Of a stretch of 64,000 bases of DNA, positions 27,778 to 38,236 are shown piece after piece. Every line of letters begins with the position of its first letter. The first letter of the stretch is position 1. The stretch lies in the NCBI GenBank assembly GCA_963796925.1, contig CAWCNH010000002.1, positions 339,462 through 403,461 on the forward strand, in the 5' to 3' direction. The translations under genes were made by a program, and so were the position numbers. Origin of the DNA: an uncultured Acidobacteriota bacterium. GTDB taxonomy: Bacteria > Acidobacteriota > Terriglobia > Terriglobales > Acidobacteriaceae. Under the pieces are notes generated by a model. The model worked only from the letters and a program-made list of their open reading frames with translations. It had not been told where the DNA came from and ran no database searches.

Positions 27778-30700
27778 TTAGAACGTGATGCGTAAGCGCA
27801 GACGGATTCTGCGCCGGCTGTCGACACCTTCCTGGCTGAAGCTGTTTATTAGCCTTCCAAAGTCTGGATTGCGGAAGACCTGCGGTACTCCAGTTGGCGT
27901 GCCATCGTCGGTCGCGATCCCAATCTGTTTCGTCGTCGGGTCCACGCCGAGGGCAAAGTCACCCAGCATGGCAAACGTGCCACCACCCCCACCATTGTCT
28001 TGATCAGGCGAAAACAACGCATGGTTGAAGATGTTATCGATGTCGGCGCCAAGACTTGCACTCACTCGTTCGCCGATCTGGAAGTTTTTGTGGATTCCAA
28101 GGTTCACTCCCCAGGTTCCAGGCCCATGCAGCATATTGCGTTGTGCGATATTGGGGTTGCTGAAAAGATCGGCTCCCAACGGCATCAGGTCGAAAGCATT
28201 CGGATCCCAAATCTGATCGCCAACTTTATGGTTTGGGTCACCGACCACAACTGGGCGGTAAGAAGTGGTGTTGAAGTCGCCCACAGCATCCACTGAACCG
28301 ACACCGACGTTCCCCGGGGAGACGGGGCCGCAGTCGTCGCAAACCCAAAACGGAGTAAAGCCGGTTCCGCTCTTAGCGAACATGTTGAAGGTCGTCTGCC
28401 AGCCACCAAGAATTGCTTCTTTCCATCCTGACATTCCGGAACCAATTTTCTTCCCTCGTCCGACAGGCAAGTCAAAGACTCCGTAAGCCACGAACCGGTT
28501 GTGGGAGACGTACCCTTCCTGCCCGTAGTCATTGTCTGGCGCGAATGGGTTGTAGATAGTGCCACCCAAACTCGAGTTTCCGGTATCGAGGCCGGTCGAT
28601 TTTTGGTCAACGTAGCTATAAGAGAAATTCAGCAGCAAGCCATGGGTATAGCGTTTTGTAAATTCCGCCTGGAATGAATTCATGCGGCCGTGTCCACGAT
28701 TGCCAAAGCTCTCGAGGAAATCCCCCAGACCAGGGAATGGTTGGCGCGCTATGTCAGCTTCTGAGTACCCGCAATCTCCATTGTTGAAGGGATCGCAAGC
28801 GGCCGTGGGGTCATCTCCATCCACTCCCTGAGTGGTGCCGAACGGCGTGTCGTTGGGGGCGATTTCATTCAAATCGGCGCCGGCAATTAGCCCGCTTAAG
28901 GTGCTTCCGATATAGGAGAGGCGGATCGAACTGTCAGTGAAGAGTTCCCGTTCATAGGTGGCGTTGTACTGCTGAATGCGTGGCTGCTGCAAACCTATGG
29001 GAACTGCGTTGATCGACGGCAAGCCGCCGAACCCACTGATCACGGTTCCGCCGGTAAACGGGCTGAACCCATGGTTGAACCCAGGCCAGGGCGAAAGTAC
29101 ATTCGCCGTATCGTTAGGATCGTTTCTTTTCTGCACTGTCTGATTGAAGGAGTTTGTCGCTAGAGGATCGCGAATTCCTTGCGCAGCAGAGGTGGGGAAA
29201 TAGAAACCGTATCCACCTCGAATGACTGATTTATCAGTTAAGCGAAAGGCGAACCCGAGTCGGGGAGCAAAGTTATTCTTATCCATACGAACCAGGCCGG
29301 GACCCACTCCTAAGCCGGATTTATCCGCCGTTACGACGCCCAGGCCGATAATGCGGGTATCGAGGAAATCCAGAGTTTTTGCCGATGGGACGATGAATCT
29401 TCCTTTCTGCCCATTGCTGCCCACGAAGGTTGGATCAAAGTTCACCATCAGATCGTTTGCGTCGGTAAACGGGGTGATGAGTTCATAACGCAATCCCAGA
29501 TTCAAGGTCAGGCGAGTGGATACCTTCCAGTCGTCCTGAACGAAAAATCCGCTCTCCCAGTTGTGTACTTGCATCGGGGGACGCGGCGCGTTGATGTAAC
29601 TAACACTGAATGGCGCCAGACCGAGCAAAAAATCTGCATACGGTGTTGTCCCCGGCCCGGTGTATGTCATGAGACCTCGCGGATTACCGCGATTTAATGC
29701 GAATCCGTCGATGGCATAGTTCCGGACAAAGTCAGCGCCCATTTTCAAATTGTGCTTGTGAATGGTCCAGGTAAGCGTATCGCCGAAAGTAGCGAGGTTC
29801 TGGTCGGACGGACGATTCGTGTTCCTGCCTCCATTTTGAAAAGTTACGAAGCGGCCGCTGAAGTTGATTGCCGGATGACCGGTGGTATCGAGCTGACTTG
29901 CGCCCACTACGTCGCCATAAGCCGCGATGTCGCTGTCATCAAATCCGACGCTCGAAAGGAAACCGCCAAGCGTGGTGTTGCTATTTCGGCGTAGTTTTTC
30001 GTAGTTAAACCCCCCGCGCAATTCGTTAATGATTGTTGGGCTAAACACTCGCGTATACGATCCGGAAAACAAATTGTTACGGCGGGCGTTTTGCGTCAGC
30101 CCCAGACCTACATAGGGGGTCTGTACAGGCGCGTTGGCAAAACTTTCTGCCGAGGCCTGGTAAGTTGCATACACACGATTGTTTTCATTGAAGTCGTGAT
30201 CAACGCGCAATGTGCCTTCGTGTCGTGAGTCATCACCAGATAAAAGTGTGGCGTAATCCGGCACCCGGCCATTGCTGTCGATCGGGGCGGAAAGACCAAT
30301 CTGCGGGAAATACGCACCGATCAACTTCTGCACGGTAGGGTTCAATAAGCGGGAAGGAATGGTGATGAATCGCTGTCCCAGCCCGTCGACGGTATCGTCC
30401 GCCTGTTCCTGGGGAGTCAATACAGTTCCGTTGGGAACGAGAGGCTTATTGTTGTCCGGAACCAGCGAAAAATCTCCGGCGGAAAGACTGGGGTGAGGCA
30501 GGTTGTTGTTCTGAATTCTTACCGGCTCTACTTCCCAGTGCTTTTCATAAGCAGCAAAGAACCAGGTCTTTTTTAACCCCGGGACAGGTCCGCCGAATGA
30601 GCCGCCTGCATCGTTAAGATTGAAATAGGGATTCGGATAAGAAGCCTGAAAGGGAGTCGGTGCAAATCCCGCTTTGCCGATTTTGTCCTGTAGCGTCCAG

Positions 30701-31467
30701 GCCGCCAAGGCCGAGTTGCTATTGTTATAGAAAAGTGAGCCGTGATAATTCGCTCCGCCCCGCTTGGTGGTAACGCGAATGTTGGCAATGCCAGCATATT
30801 CTGCGCTGAAGTCATTGGAAAGCACGTTGATGGCGTCAACTGCCTCGAGTGACGGCTGAGTAGAGCTGGGTTCACCGAAAATTCCGCCATTGGACCGCTG
30901 TCCGTCAATGGTGAAGTTTGCCCCATAGCTCTGCGAGCCTACAAATTTAAATTGGCCATCAGACGGTCCCTGAACGATATTGGGATTCAAATACAAGAAT
31001 GAATAGACGTCACGACTATCGCGGGGAAGGTCCACCACGGCAGAGCTGCTAATCGATTGGCTGATGGTCTGGTCCTCAGTATTAACCGTGGGCGCGATTG
31101 AAGTAACTTCGATGGCTTGTTCTGATGTCGCCGGTTTGAGCACGGCGTCGGCGGCGACGGTATCGCTGCCTCGAATGACGATGCCCGTGACCTGTACCGT
31201 CTGCATCCCCGCAATAGAGACTACAACTTTATAGTCGCCGGCAGTCACACCGAAAGCCTGAAATTCGCCTTGCCCGTTTGTGGTAGTTGCGCGCGTGGCA
31301 TTGGTGTGTAAATCCACGATGCTGACTGAAGCGTTTGGAATTACTGCGCCACTGGAGTCAGTAACAGTTCCTCGAATGGTTCCAAGGTCAGTGCCTTGAG
31401 CAAGCAGGAATTGACTTGCGAGGCCGAGAAAAATTAAACAGAAAACAATTCGTGTTGCAGTCTTCAT
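27778..31467 (-). CDS. TonB-dependent receptor with N-terminal carboxypeptidase-regulatory-like domain
   Basis: The signal peptide is MKTATRIVFCLIFLGLASQFLLAQ, with the start at ATG 31467. A CarboxypepD_reg-like segment follows (GTIRGTVTDSSGAVIPNASV...GDYKVVVSIAGM). A plug and a very long barrel follow, ending in RITF. Confidence 0.9.
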   Translation of the reverse strand: MKTATRIVFCLIFLGLASQFLLAQGTDLGTIRGTVTDSSGAVIPNASVSIVDLHTNATRATTTNGQGEFQAFGVTAGDYKVVVSIAGMQTVQVTGIVIRGSDTVAADAVLKPATSEQAIEVTSIAPTVNTEDQTISQSISSSAVVDLPRDSRDVYSFLYLNPNIVQGPSDGQFKFVGSQSYGANFTIDGQRSNGGIFGEPSSTQPSLEAVDAINVLSNDFSAEYAGIANIRVTTKRGGANYHGSLFYNNSNSALAAWTLQDKIGKAGFAPTPFQASYPNPYFNLNDAGGSFGGPVPGLKKTWFFAAYEKHWEVEPVRIQNNNLPHPSLSAGDFSLVPDNNKPLVPNGTVLTPQEQADDTVDGLGQRFITIPSRLLNPTVQKLIGAYFPQIGLSAPIDSNGRVPDYATLLSGDDSRHEGTLRVDHDFNENNRVYATYQASAESFANAPVQTPYVGLGLTQNARRNNLFSGSYTRVFSPTIINELRGGFNYEKLRRNSNTTLGGFLSSVGFDDSDIAAYGDVVGASQLDTTGHPAINFSGRFVTFQNGGRNTNRPSDQNLATFGDTLTWTIHKHNLKMGADFVRNYAIDGFALNRGNPRGLMTYTGPGTTPYADFLLGLAPFSVSYINAPRPPMQVHNWESGFFVQDDWKVSTRLTLNLGLRYELITPFTDANDLMVNFDPTFVGSNGQKGRFIVPSAKTLDFLDTRIIGLGVVTADKSGLGVGPGLVRMDKNNFAPRLGFAFRLTDKSVIRGGYGFYFPTSAAQGIRDPLATNSFNQTVQKRNDPNDTANVLSPWPGFNHGFSPFTGGTVISGFGGLPSINAVPIGLQQPRIQQYNATYERELFTDSSIRLSYIGSTLSGLIAGADLNEIAPNDTPFGTTQGVDGDDPTAACDPFNNGDCGYSEADIARQPFPGLGDFLESFGNRGHGRMNSFQAEFTKRYTHGLLLNFSYSYVDQKSTGLDTGNSSLGGTIYNPFAPDNDYGQEGYVSHNRFVAYGVFDLPVGRGKKIGSGMSGWKEAILGGWQTTFNMFAKSGTGFTPFWVCDDCGPVSPGNVGVGSVDAVGDFNTTSYRPVVVGDPNHKVGDQIWDPNAFDLMPLGADLFSNPNIAQRNMLHGPGTWGVNLGIHKNFQIGERVSASLGADIDNIFNHALFSPDQDNGGGGGTFAMLGDFALGVDPTTKQIGIATDDGTPTGVPQVFRNPDFGRLINSFSQEGVDSRRRIRLRLRITF

Positions 31468-31646
31468 AGAAATCTCCCAAAGCACGCAGACGTGATGCGA
31501 TGGTTTTTACCATGATTCGAAAGTACAAGCAAGCAAAGAATAGCAAAACAAGAAAGTATGAGAAATTAAAAGAAAGCATACGATTTATGGTAGACGCATT
31601 AAAGAGCAAGATTGCCTGCAAATGCCTCTGAATTGTTTGATTTTCA

Positions 31647-32768
31647 CTATCTTGAAGGAGGTAAATCCATTGCGAACCTCTCTACCACGCGGCTGATGAT
31701 TCCATTTTCGGAAGGTGAATCCGGCCGAAATCCTTCTTCCATGCAGCGGAAGAAGGCCAATAATTGCCCGACCACTACATCAATGATGGGAGAATTATCG
31801 TCTCCCAATTGCTTCATGCCTTTGCACTCGAGGACCGCATCTCCTTTTCGAAGGACCTCGTGAGGCACATCTTCCCCCACAATAACTTTGAGAATTCCCA
31901 GACGCTTGCGATCCAATTCGCGCAGCAGATCGGACTCATAGGCGCGGAGCGATGGATCTGAAGACAGAAAAGCGACCACGAGGCAGTCTTGATGCACGAA
32001 GCTCATGGGGTCGTGGCGTAGTCCAAGATAGGTTTCGCAGAGTGTGGCCACGCGTCCCGCAGTGGCTTCCAGCATCTTCAGTCCGGCTTCGCGAGCCGCT
32101 GCCAAGAAATACTGCTCGTTGGAACGGCGCTTTCGCTGCCAGCGCTAGAGTTTCGAATATCCGGCAATAATTGTTTTGGCAATAATCGCCGCGTTCTCGC
32201 ATATTCTGCGATATTCAGACGGGTTTTCTAAGAACCCGAAAAAGTGCACGCCTAACAGCAGATTGGTAAAGCTACTGGTCATCATCAAGCTTTGATCGTT
32301 CGTGGTTGATGACGGTAACGCGTGGCAAGAGCCTGTCTCCGGGTCGGCCAGGGCTAATGGTTTCGCTGGCACGTTCCGGTGATAGTCCGGAAAGTGTGGG
32401 AGCTCTCACCTTTTATCCAGGGTGCCCTGAGCCAAAATGGCGCCGCCGCCGAGTGCCTGGGTTACAACTCCCACTTCATTTTGCAATGGCAGGCGAACAC
32501 AGTCGCCAACATACTCTGAACTGCCTGAGCCAGTCATAACCAGAGACTGAATTTGGTTTGTGCCGGCGAGAAGGGCGGAACTCCATCGCTGCATCAACTC
32601 ACGCGTCTGCAACCAGGTGGAGGGTTGCTGCAATATCTCCCGAAGGGTGTGAAAGTATCCTAGGCTCTGCTGTTCTTCGGTTGTTTTTCCGAGCAACTCC
32701 GCCAGTCTTTGCTGCTGTTGCGTGATTCCCTGTAGCCAATCGGATTCAGGTGAGGTAACGGTCGACAT
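31647..32768 (-). pseudogene. SIS-domain sugar-phosphate isomerase/deaminase (agaS/frlB-like), disrupted by a stop, an inverted segment and two frameshifts
   Basis: Three same-frame minus-strand ORFs (32406-32861, 32145-32372, 31647-32105) together resemble AgaS (TGSGSSEYVGD, NDQSLMMTSSFT, AAREAGLKMLEATAG...LRHDP, SPSENGIISRVV). The SIS loop VSLARSGDSPES is on the plus strand (32327-32405). TGA is at 32406-32408 and TAG at 32145-32147. Confidence 0.7.
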
Positions 32769-32874
32769 TTGGGTTGCTTTCTGGCCTTCGCGGAAAATGC
32801 GATAAATCACAGCAAAGTAAAAGAGATGGATGAAACGCTTGCTGCGTTTTGAAGCAGCCACCGCCAGTTGACGC

Positions 32875-33630
32875 TTACGAAACGGTGGTCAGTGTCTCGG
32901 CGCTCAACAAGGCGGCCGAATGTTGATCGAGATACAGAGTGGTATTGGGATGTGTCCGCAAAATTGAAGCGGGCGCCATGGGGCTGATTTCTCCTTCGAG
33001 ACACGCTTTTACGGCATCGGCCTTTCGAGCATCCGGTGCGATGCAGATGATCTCTTTAGCTTTCAAGATCTGCTTCACGCTCATAGAGATTGCCTGTTCC
33101 GGGACCTCCCTAAGGGAAGAGAACCATCCTTCGCCCATTTGCTGGCGGCGGCAGGCTTCATCCAACGTCACTAACAAGTACGGCACTTCCGTCTCGAAGT
33201 CGGCTGGAGGATCATTGAAGGCCAGGTGCCCGTTTTCTCCGATGCCGACAAATGCGACATCGACCGGGTCGGCCTGAATTGCTTTGCCGGCAGCCTGAAT
33301 GACCTCGGCTGGATTGTCGCCACCATTAAGCAAGTGATAATTGTTGATACCGGTTTTCTGGATAAGCCGCTCACGCAGAAAGCGGCAGAAACTGGCAGGG
33401 TGGGATTCAGAAATGCCGACGTACTCATCAAGATGAAACATTTCTACCCGTGACCAATCGATGTTTGGCAGGCCGGTTAGTACTTCCAGGAATTCAAATT
33501 GAGCCGCTCCGGTGGCGGCGATGATGCGGGCCTTGCCCCGTTTTTCGATCGCGCGGCGGATGGCGCCGGCAGCGTGTTCCGCCGCGTTGGCCCCAAGAAG
33601 GTGTTTGCTGTTGAATGTTTTAATTTCCAT
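32875..33630 (-). CDS. nagB: glucosamine-6-phosphate deaminase family protein
   Basis: NagB/6-phosphogluconolactonase family motifs are present: [45 protein letters not shown]. Confidence 0.85.
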   Translation of the reverse strand: MEIKTFNSKHLLGANAAEHAAGAIRRAIEKRGKARIIAATGAAQFEFLEVLTGLPNIDWSRVEMFHLDEYVGISESHPASFCRFLRERLIQKTGINNYHLLNGGDNPAEVIQAAGKAIQADPVDVAFVGIGENGHLAFNDPPADFETEVPYLLVTLDEACRRQQMGEGWFSSLREVPEQAISMSVKQILKAKEIICIAPDARKADAVKACLEGEISPMAPASILRTHPNTTLYLDQHSAALLSAETLTTVS

Positions 33631-34588
33631 GGAACTTACCTGATCCTTCCAAATTTTTGGCTACCGTTAGGCACAACACCACTGATGGGGCAACTTGCTC
33701 GATTGAGGGGCGCGGGGCGTCACCCTGACTAAGTGCGCGGATAAACTCTGCCGCTTCCGCATAACCACCATTGAGCACGTCTTCGGGCGTGTCATCTTCC
33801 GCTACCTCTTCAAATACCAACTGATCGTCACAAAAGCCGCGAACCGACCGTTGCATACCGAATGGGCTGGTGACCGACGCGCGAAAATTTTCACCGAACA
33901 GCTCATAGGTTTCTTCTAGCATCCCACTAGTCGGCAGGACATCGACGTGGCCATAGGTTCCGCTCTCGAAATGAAGGTCGATGGCATGCCACGATGGAAG
34001 GCCTTCAGCCTTCATTGTCTCGAAACGGCATTCTGAAACCTCGCCTGCGATGTAGCGCAGCGCGTCGACGGCATGCACCGCGGTCGTCCAGATAAAGTCT
34101 GACTCTTGCCGCGCATGCCGGGTCATGGTGCAACGCACGTAACGCAGCGGCCCAAGGGGTCGGGACCAATCCACCGCTCGGTTCAGGAACGGCATGAAAC
34201 GCCGGTTTACAGAAACCATATTTCTGGTACGCGTTGCTTTTGCGAGGTCAACCAAATATGCGACTTCAGCCAGGGATGCCCCAAGCGGTTTTTCCACCAC
34301 GCAGGCGATGCCGCTTTGCAGTAGAGTGGCTGCCACTTCAGCAATATTTTTCACCGGCACAACCGCGATGCAGCCATCAAGCTTCGCCCGACGAACCATT
34401 TCATTGGCCGAGTTGTAGGCGTTCTTAAACCCATACTTGGCGCAAAAACGCTGTGCTCGTGGCAACTGCAGATCACATGCCGCCGTCAATTCAATTTGAT
34501 CCCCGTGCGCCGCCAGATAACGCGCAAGCGGAATGGCGTGCCCGGTTTCCGCATGTTCTCCACAGCCGATGAGTCCCAGTCGAATCAT
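33620..34588 (-). CDS. Gfo/Idh/MocA family oxidoreductase
   Basis: It has an N-terminal Rossmann motif ([13 protein letters not shown]) and a typical length. Its ATG overlaps the stop of the upstream transporter gene (ATGA). Confidence 0.8.
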   Translation of the reverse strand: MIRLGLIGCGEHAETGHAIPLARYLAAHGDQIELTAACDLQLPRAQRFCAKYGFKNAYNSANEMVRRAKLDGCIAVVPVKNIAEVAATLLQSGIACVVEKPLGASLAEVAYLVDLAKATRTRNMVSVNRRFMPFLNRAVDWSRPLGPLRYVRCTMTRHARQESDFIWTTAVHAVDALRYIAGEVSECRFETMKAEGLPSWHAIDLHFESGTYGHVDVLPTSGMLEETYELFGENFRASVTSPFGMQRSVRGFCDDQLVFEEVAEDDTPEDVLNGGYAEAAEFIRALSQGDAPRPSIEQVAPSVVLCLTVAKNLEGSGKFHGN

Positions 34589-36321
34589 AATTTGCCGCTC
34601 GAGATGATCGCCAGACTAGGTTCGCTTGCTGGCGAGTGCTTCTCGTCTCCGCGTACAAATCGGAGAGACAGACCTACTGCCAATGTCAGCAAGGCGAACC
34701 ATAAAACAGTGGATACTTGCTCACGCGGAGCAGTGAAAAGCAGGCCAACGCTCAAAATCGAAATCCCAACAATGGTTCTGCTAAGGAAGCGGAAGACCGG
34801 CACCGTATAGTCCGGAGAATCCCGCAGTTCGCTTTTTACATCCACGGGCGTATTGAGGTTTCTAAATAACCGTGCACGCCCGGGCGTGTCTCCGCGGTCG
34901 AATAGAACGCTGAAAAAGAAGACTCCAAATGATGCTGGAATAGTAATCGCGACCTGCTGGATCAACGACCACTGGTAAACGAAGGCTCCGAGCATCCCCA
35001 GGATCAATCCGGTTGTGAACGATGCTAAGCCGGACCACGGAGGCGTTCGGCGCACGACCAGGCCGAGCAAAGCCGGAGGGCCATAAGCGAGTGAGATGAG
35101 CGTGTTGAATTTCAACATTACGCCGAAGACGCTCTGCCCGCTCAAAGCCATCATGATAGCGAGTGCGGTCGTGGCGCCGCCCAGTAGAAAAGTGGTGATC
35201 CACCCCGCACGCAATAATTCTTGGTCGCCTGCATCCTTGCGAAACAATGTTTGATACACATCCTTGGTAAGAATGGCAGCTTTCACATTGAACATGCCGG
35301 ACAGAGTAGCCATAGTGGCGCTGAACATTGCAGCCAACATGATTCCGATCAGGCCATGAGGCAAAAGAGTAAGACTGGCGACGGCATAGGATGCCTCGCT
35401 GGCATTCGCCAAGGACGGCCAGACCGCGTGGAGATCGGGATAGACAATCCTCATTGCCATCGGCGGAATGAACCATAAAAATGCGCCGATCGCGAACAAT
35501 CCGCAGCAGAGCAATGCTACTTTGCGCGCGGATCGTTCGTCATCGACGCTGAAATAGCGCTGTGCCATCGCACTGGTGTTGTAACCGAAGGAAACCATGA
35601 CGGTCCACGACACAAGATAGAGCCAACCGAACTCCCCAGAGAATCGAAGTGTCTTCATCTCCGGGGGGAGAGAATGAACGAACCCTGAGACTCCGCCGAC
35701 CCGCCCCAGGGAAGTGACGACAAGGACCAGGCAAAACGGCATCAAAATAGATGCTTGCAGAAAATCTGTAACTACCACTGCCCAAAGCCCACCGACCACG
35801 CAATAAAAAATTATCAGCGACCCGGCAATTAGGATGGTCCACATCACCGGAAACCCACACGCTGAGGAGACAAAGATGCTGAGCCCATACAGCATGCTGG
35901 CACTGGTAAACAGTTGAAATATGATGGTGGACCAGGAAAAAGTCTGGTGAGTTGCTGGATTGAAGCGCCCCGACAAATACTCCATCACGGTGGTAATCCG
36001 GCTGCGCCGCCAACGACTGGCAAAAACGAAGTACCCCAGCAGAAAGCTCAAAGCGTTGCCGATGTACAGGCCGGTCGCGGCTATTCCTGAGCGATAAGCA
36101 ACCCCTGCCGCACCGGTGAAGGTCCAGGCGCTGAACCCGGACATGAAACAACTCAGTCCAGCGACCAGCCAGGGAATGCGGCTTCCACCGCGGAAGTATT
36201 CCGACGCCCCGCGGTTGAAACGCATTACGTAGATTCCCACCGCGATCATAAGCAGGCCGTATACCCCGATCACAAGGTAGTCGGTTAGATTGGCGTGGGT
36301 AATTTCCATAACGGCGACCAC
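34585..36321 (-). CDS. sodium:solute symporter (SSS) family transporter
   Basis: It is a polytopic membrane protein of about 13 TM segments with an SSS-like N-terminal region (YFRGGSRIPWLVAGLSCFMSGFSAWTFTGAAGVAY). An alternative ATG start is at 36309. Confidence 0.8.
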   Translation of the reverse strand: MVAVMEITHANLTDYLVIGVYGLLMIAVGIYVMRFNRGASEYFRGGSRIPWLVAGLSCFMSGFSAWTFTGAAGVAYRSGIAATGLYIGNALSFLLGYFVFASRWRRSRITTVMEYLSGRFNPATHQTFSWSTIIFQLFTSASMLYGLSIFVSSACGFPVMWTILIAGSLIIFYCVVGGLWAVVVTDFLQASILMPFCLVLVVTSLGRVGGVSGFVHSLPPEMKTLRFSGEFGWLYLVSWTVMVSFGYNTSAMAQRYFSVDDERSARKVALLCCGLFAIGAFLWFIPPMAMRIVYPDLHAVWPSLANASEASYAVASLTLLPHGLIGIMLAAMFSATMATLSGMFNVKAAILTKDVYQTLFRKDAGDQELLRAGWITTFLLGGATTALAIMMALSGQSVFGVMLKFNTLISLAYGPPALLGLVVRRTPPWSGLASFTTGLILGMLGAFVYQWSLIQQVAITIPASFGVFFFSVLFDRGDTPGRARLFRNLNTPVDVKSELRDSPDYTVPVFRFLSRTIVGISILSVGLLFTAPREQVSTVLWFALLTLAVGLSLRFVRGDEKHSPASEPSLAIISSGKL

Positions 36322-36392
36322 TTTTTTATACTTTGTTTTGTTTAAAAAGAGAAGCTACTAGACAATAAAAGAAAGAAAAAGGTTTAACAGCA

Positions 36393-37418
36393 ATGGTAGA
36401 CTGGCGGTTCATGCCGCGTCCCACCGTCATCGTCTGTGCCGGTTCACAGTTATTTCGCTCTTTTTTTTCTCCGCCACAGCAGGCACGATTGACCCGCCTT
36501 TTCCAATGGCAAAGGGATGATTCTCATGCACTTACCTTGAGACTGATTAGCAAGTTGAAGAAGGCGGAGGCAATTATTACCACTTGGGACAGCCCGCGCT
36601 TCGGGGACGACTTGCCTGAAGTGGCGCCAAAGGTTCGTGTGATTGCGCATTGTGGGGGGGAAGTTAAGTCGCGGTTTGGCCCGACCTTATTTAGATTGGT
36701 GACGATTACGAATGCCCCGACGCCTATGGCAATGGCCACCGCAGAGTTCGGCGCCACTATGCTTGCCTACTGCGCTCGAAATGTCGATTTCTATCGCGAT
36801 GAACTCCGCAAGCGGTCAAACAAAATCTATAGTGACCTACATTTGCACGGATGCTCCGAGTCAATCATCGGCCGCGAAGTGGCCATGATTGGCTTTGGAC
36901 GAATTGGCCGCGCGCTGGTGGATTTGATGCGGGGGTTTGATCTGAAGTGGATCGTGCATGACCCCTATGCGCCGAGGTCCCTTTCCACAGACTATCCGGT
37001 CCGTTTCGTGACCCTTGATGCCTTGCTGCCGAAGGCGAATTTGTTGGTACTGACCGCCGCTCTGACAGACGAGACCCGAGGCATTCTGAACAAGAGCAGG
37101 CTGGCGCGTCTTCCGGGAGGCGCCGCCATCGTCAATATTGCGCGCGGAGCACTCATCGATTTGGAAGCGCTAACGCAAGAAGTGAAGCGCAAGCGACTCC
37201 GCTGCGCCCTGGATGTGACGGATCCAATGGAGCCTCTTCCTGTTGGGCACGTCCTGCGGCGTTTGCCGGGAGCGATCGTGACGCCACACATGGCTGCGAG
37301 CAATCACAATGTGCGACGGGCCATGGCAGATGTTGTGATAGATGACCTGGAGCGTTTTTTCAAAGGAGAAAGGGTAAAGAACCGGGTCACTTCAACCATG
37401 CTGGAACGGATGACATAG
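36393..37418 (+). CDS. D-isomer-specific 2-hydroxyacid dehydrogenase family protein
   Basis: The NAD motif is MIGFGRIGRAL. Catalytic-region motifs are NIARGALID and IVTPHMA. Confidence 0.8.
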   Translation: MVDWRFMPRPTVIVCAGSQLFRSFFSPPQQARLTRLFQWQRDDSHALTLRLISKLKKAEAIITTWDSPRFGDDLPEVAPKVRVIAHCGGEVKSRFGPTLFRLVTITNAPTPMAMATAEFGATMLAYCARNVDFYRDELRKRSNKIYSDLHLHGCSESIIGREVAMIGFGRIGRALVDLMRGFDLKWIVHDPYAPRSLSTDYPVRFVTLDALLPKANLLVLTAALTDETRGILNKSRLARLPGGAAIVNIARGALIDLEALTQEVKRKRLRCALDVTDPMEPLPVGHVLRRLPGAIVTPHMAASNHNVRRAMADVVIDDLERFFKGERVKNRVTSTMLERMT

Positions 37419-37420
37419 AA

Positions 37421-38236
37421 GTGAAACTCTCGTTTTCATCACTGGCGTGTCCTGATTGGACAATGGCAGAGATCATTACCATGGCCGCGTCTCTCGGTTA
37501 CGACGGCATTGAGCTGCGTTTCGTGCAAGGCGAGGATTCACTATGGAAGCTGCCGGTTTTTCAGGGGAGTGAGTTGCAATCGACGAAGCGCGCTCTGTCC
37601 GATTGTGGACTGGTCATTTCTTGTGTGGACACAAGTTGCCGTTTTCATTCTCCCGATGCAGAGGAGCGAAACCGATGGTTGGAAGAAGGGCGTAAGATGT
37701 CCGATCTTGCCGTGGCACTGGGAGCGCCTGGAGTCCGGGTTTTTGGCGATACGATTCAGCCCGGAACGGACCGCACCTCGACCCGCAGCTGGATTGCCGA
37801 AAGCATTGGTAAATTGGCCGAAATCACATCACAAGAGGGAGTTGAAGTCTGGCTGGAAAGTCACGGGGATTTTGCCAGTGCTGATGAGACCCTTGCCATT
37901 CTTGTTCAATCAGGCTCGTCACAAGTAGGTGCGCTCTGGGATCCAGCCAATTCTCTTGTCGGAATGCGGGAGACACCGGCCGACGGGGCGAAGAAGTTAG
38001 GTTCGACAATCCGCCATACCCATATCAAGGACCTGCGTCGCAATAATGGGGCCTGGGAACATGTGCTCACCGGCGATGGCAATTTTCCCTTGCGGCAGCA
38101 ACTCGATGCATTGCAAAAACTGGGCTATGACCGCTTTGTGTCATTTGAGTGGGAGAAGAAGTGGCATCCTGAGATCGTCGATGCACGAATCGCCTTGCCT
38201 CATTTTGTCCGGTGGTTTCGCCAGAACGTAAATTGA
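37421..38236 (+). CDS. sugar phosphate isomerase/epimerase (xylose-isomerase-like TIM barrel)
   Basis: The GTG start lies 2 nt after the previous stop. Family-typical motifs are YDGIELRF, GAPGVRVFG, VWLESHGDF and HTHIKD. Confidence 0.75.
   Translation: MKLSFSSLACPDWTMAEIITMAASLGYDGIELRFVQGEDSLWKLPVFQGSELQSTKRALSDCGLVISCVDTSCRFHSPDAEERNRWLEEGRKMSDLAVALGAPGVRVFGDTIQPGTDRTSTRSWIAESIGKLAEITSQEGVEVWLESHGDFASADETLAILVQSGSSQVGALWDPANSLVGMRETPADGAKKLGSTIRHTHIKDLRRNNGAWEHVLTGDGNFPLRQQLDALQKLGYDRFVSFEWEKKWHPEIVDARIALPHFVRWFRQNVN

Noticed and set aside
32406-32408. The in-frame TGA in the agaS-like gene as a possible selenocysteine or read-through codon.
   Set aside because: The sequence after the TGA (ELPHFPDYHRN...) is nonsense relative to the family because the segment is inverted. 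There is no SECIS-like context, and further frameshifts occur downstream. Pseudogenisation fits better.
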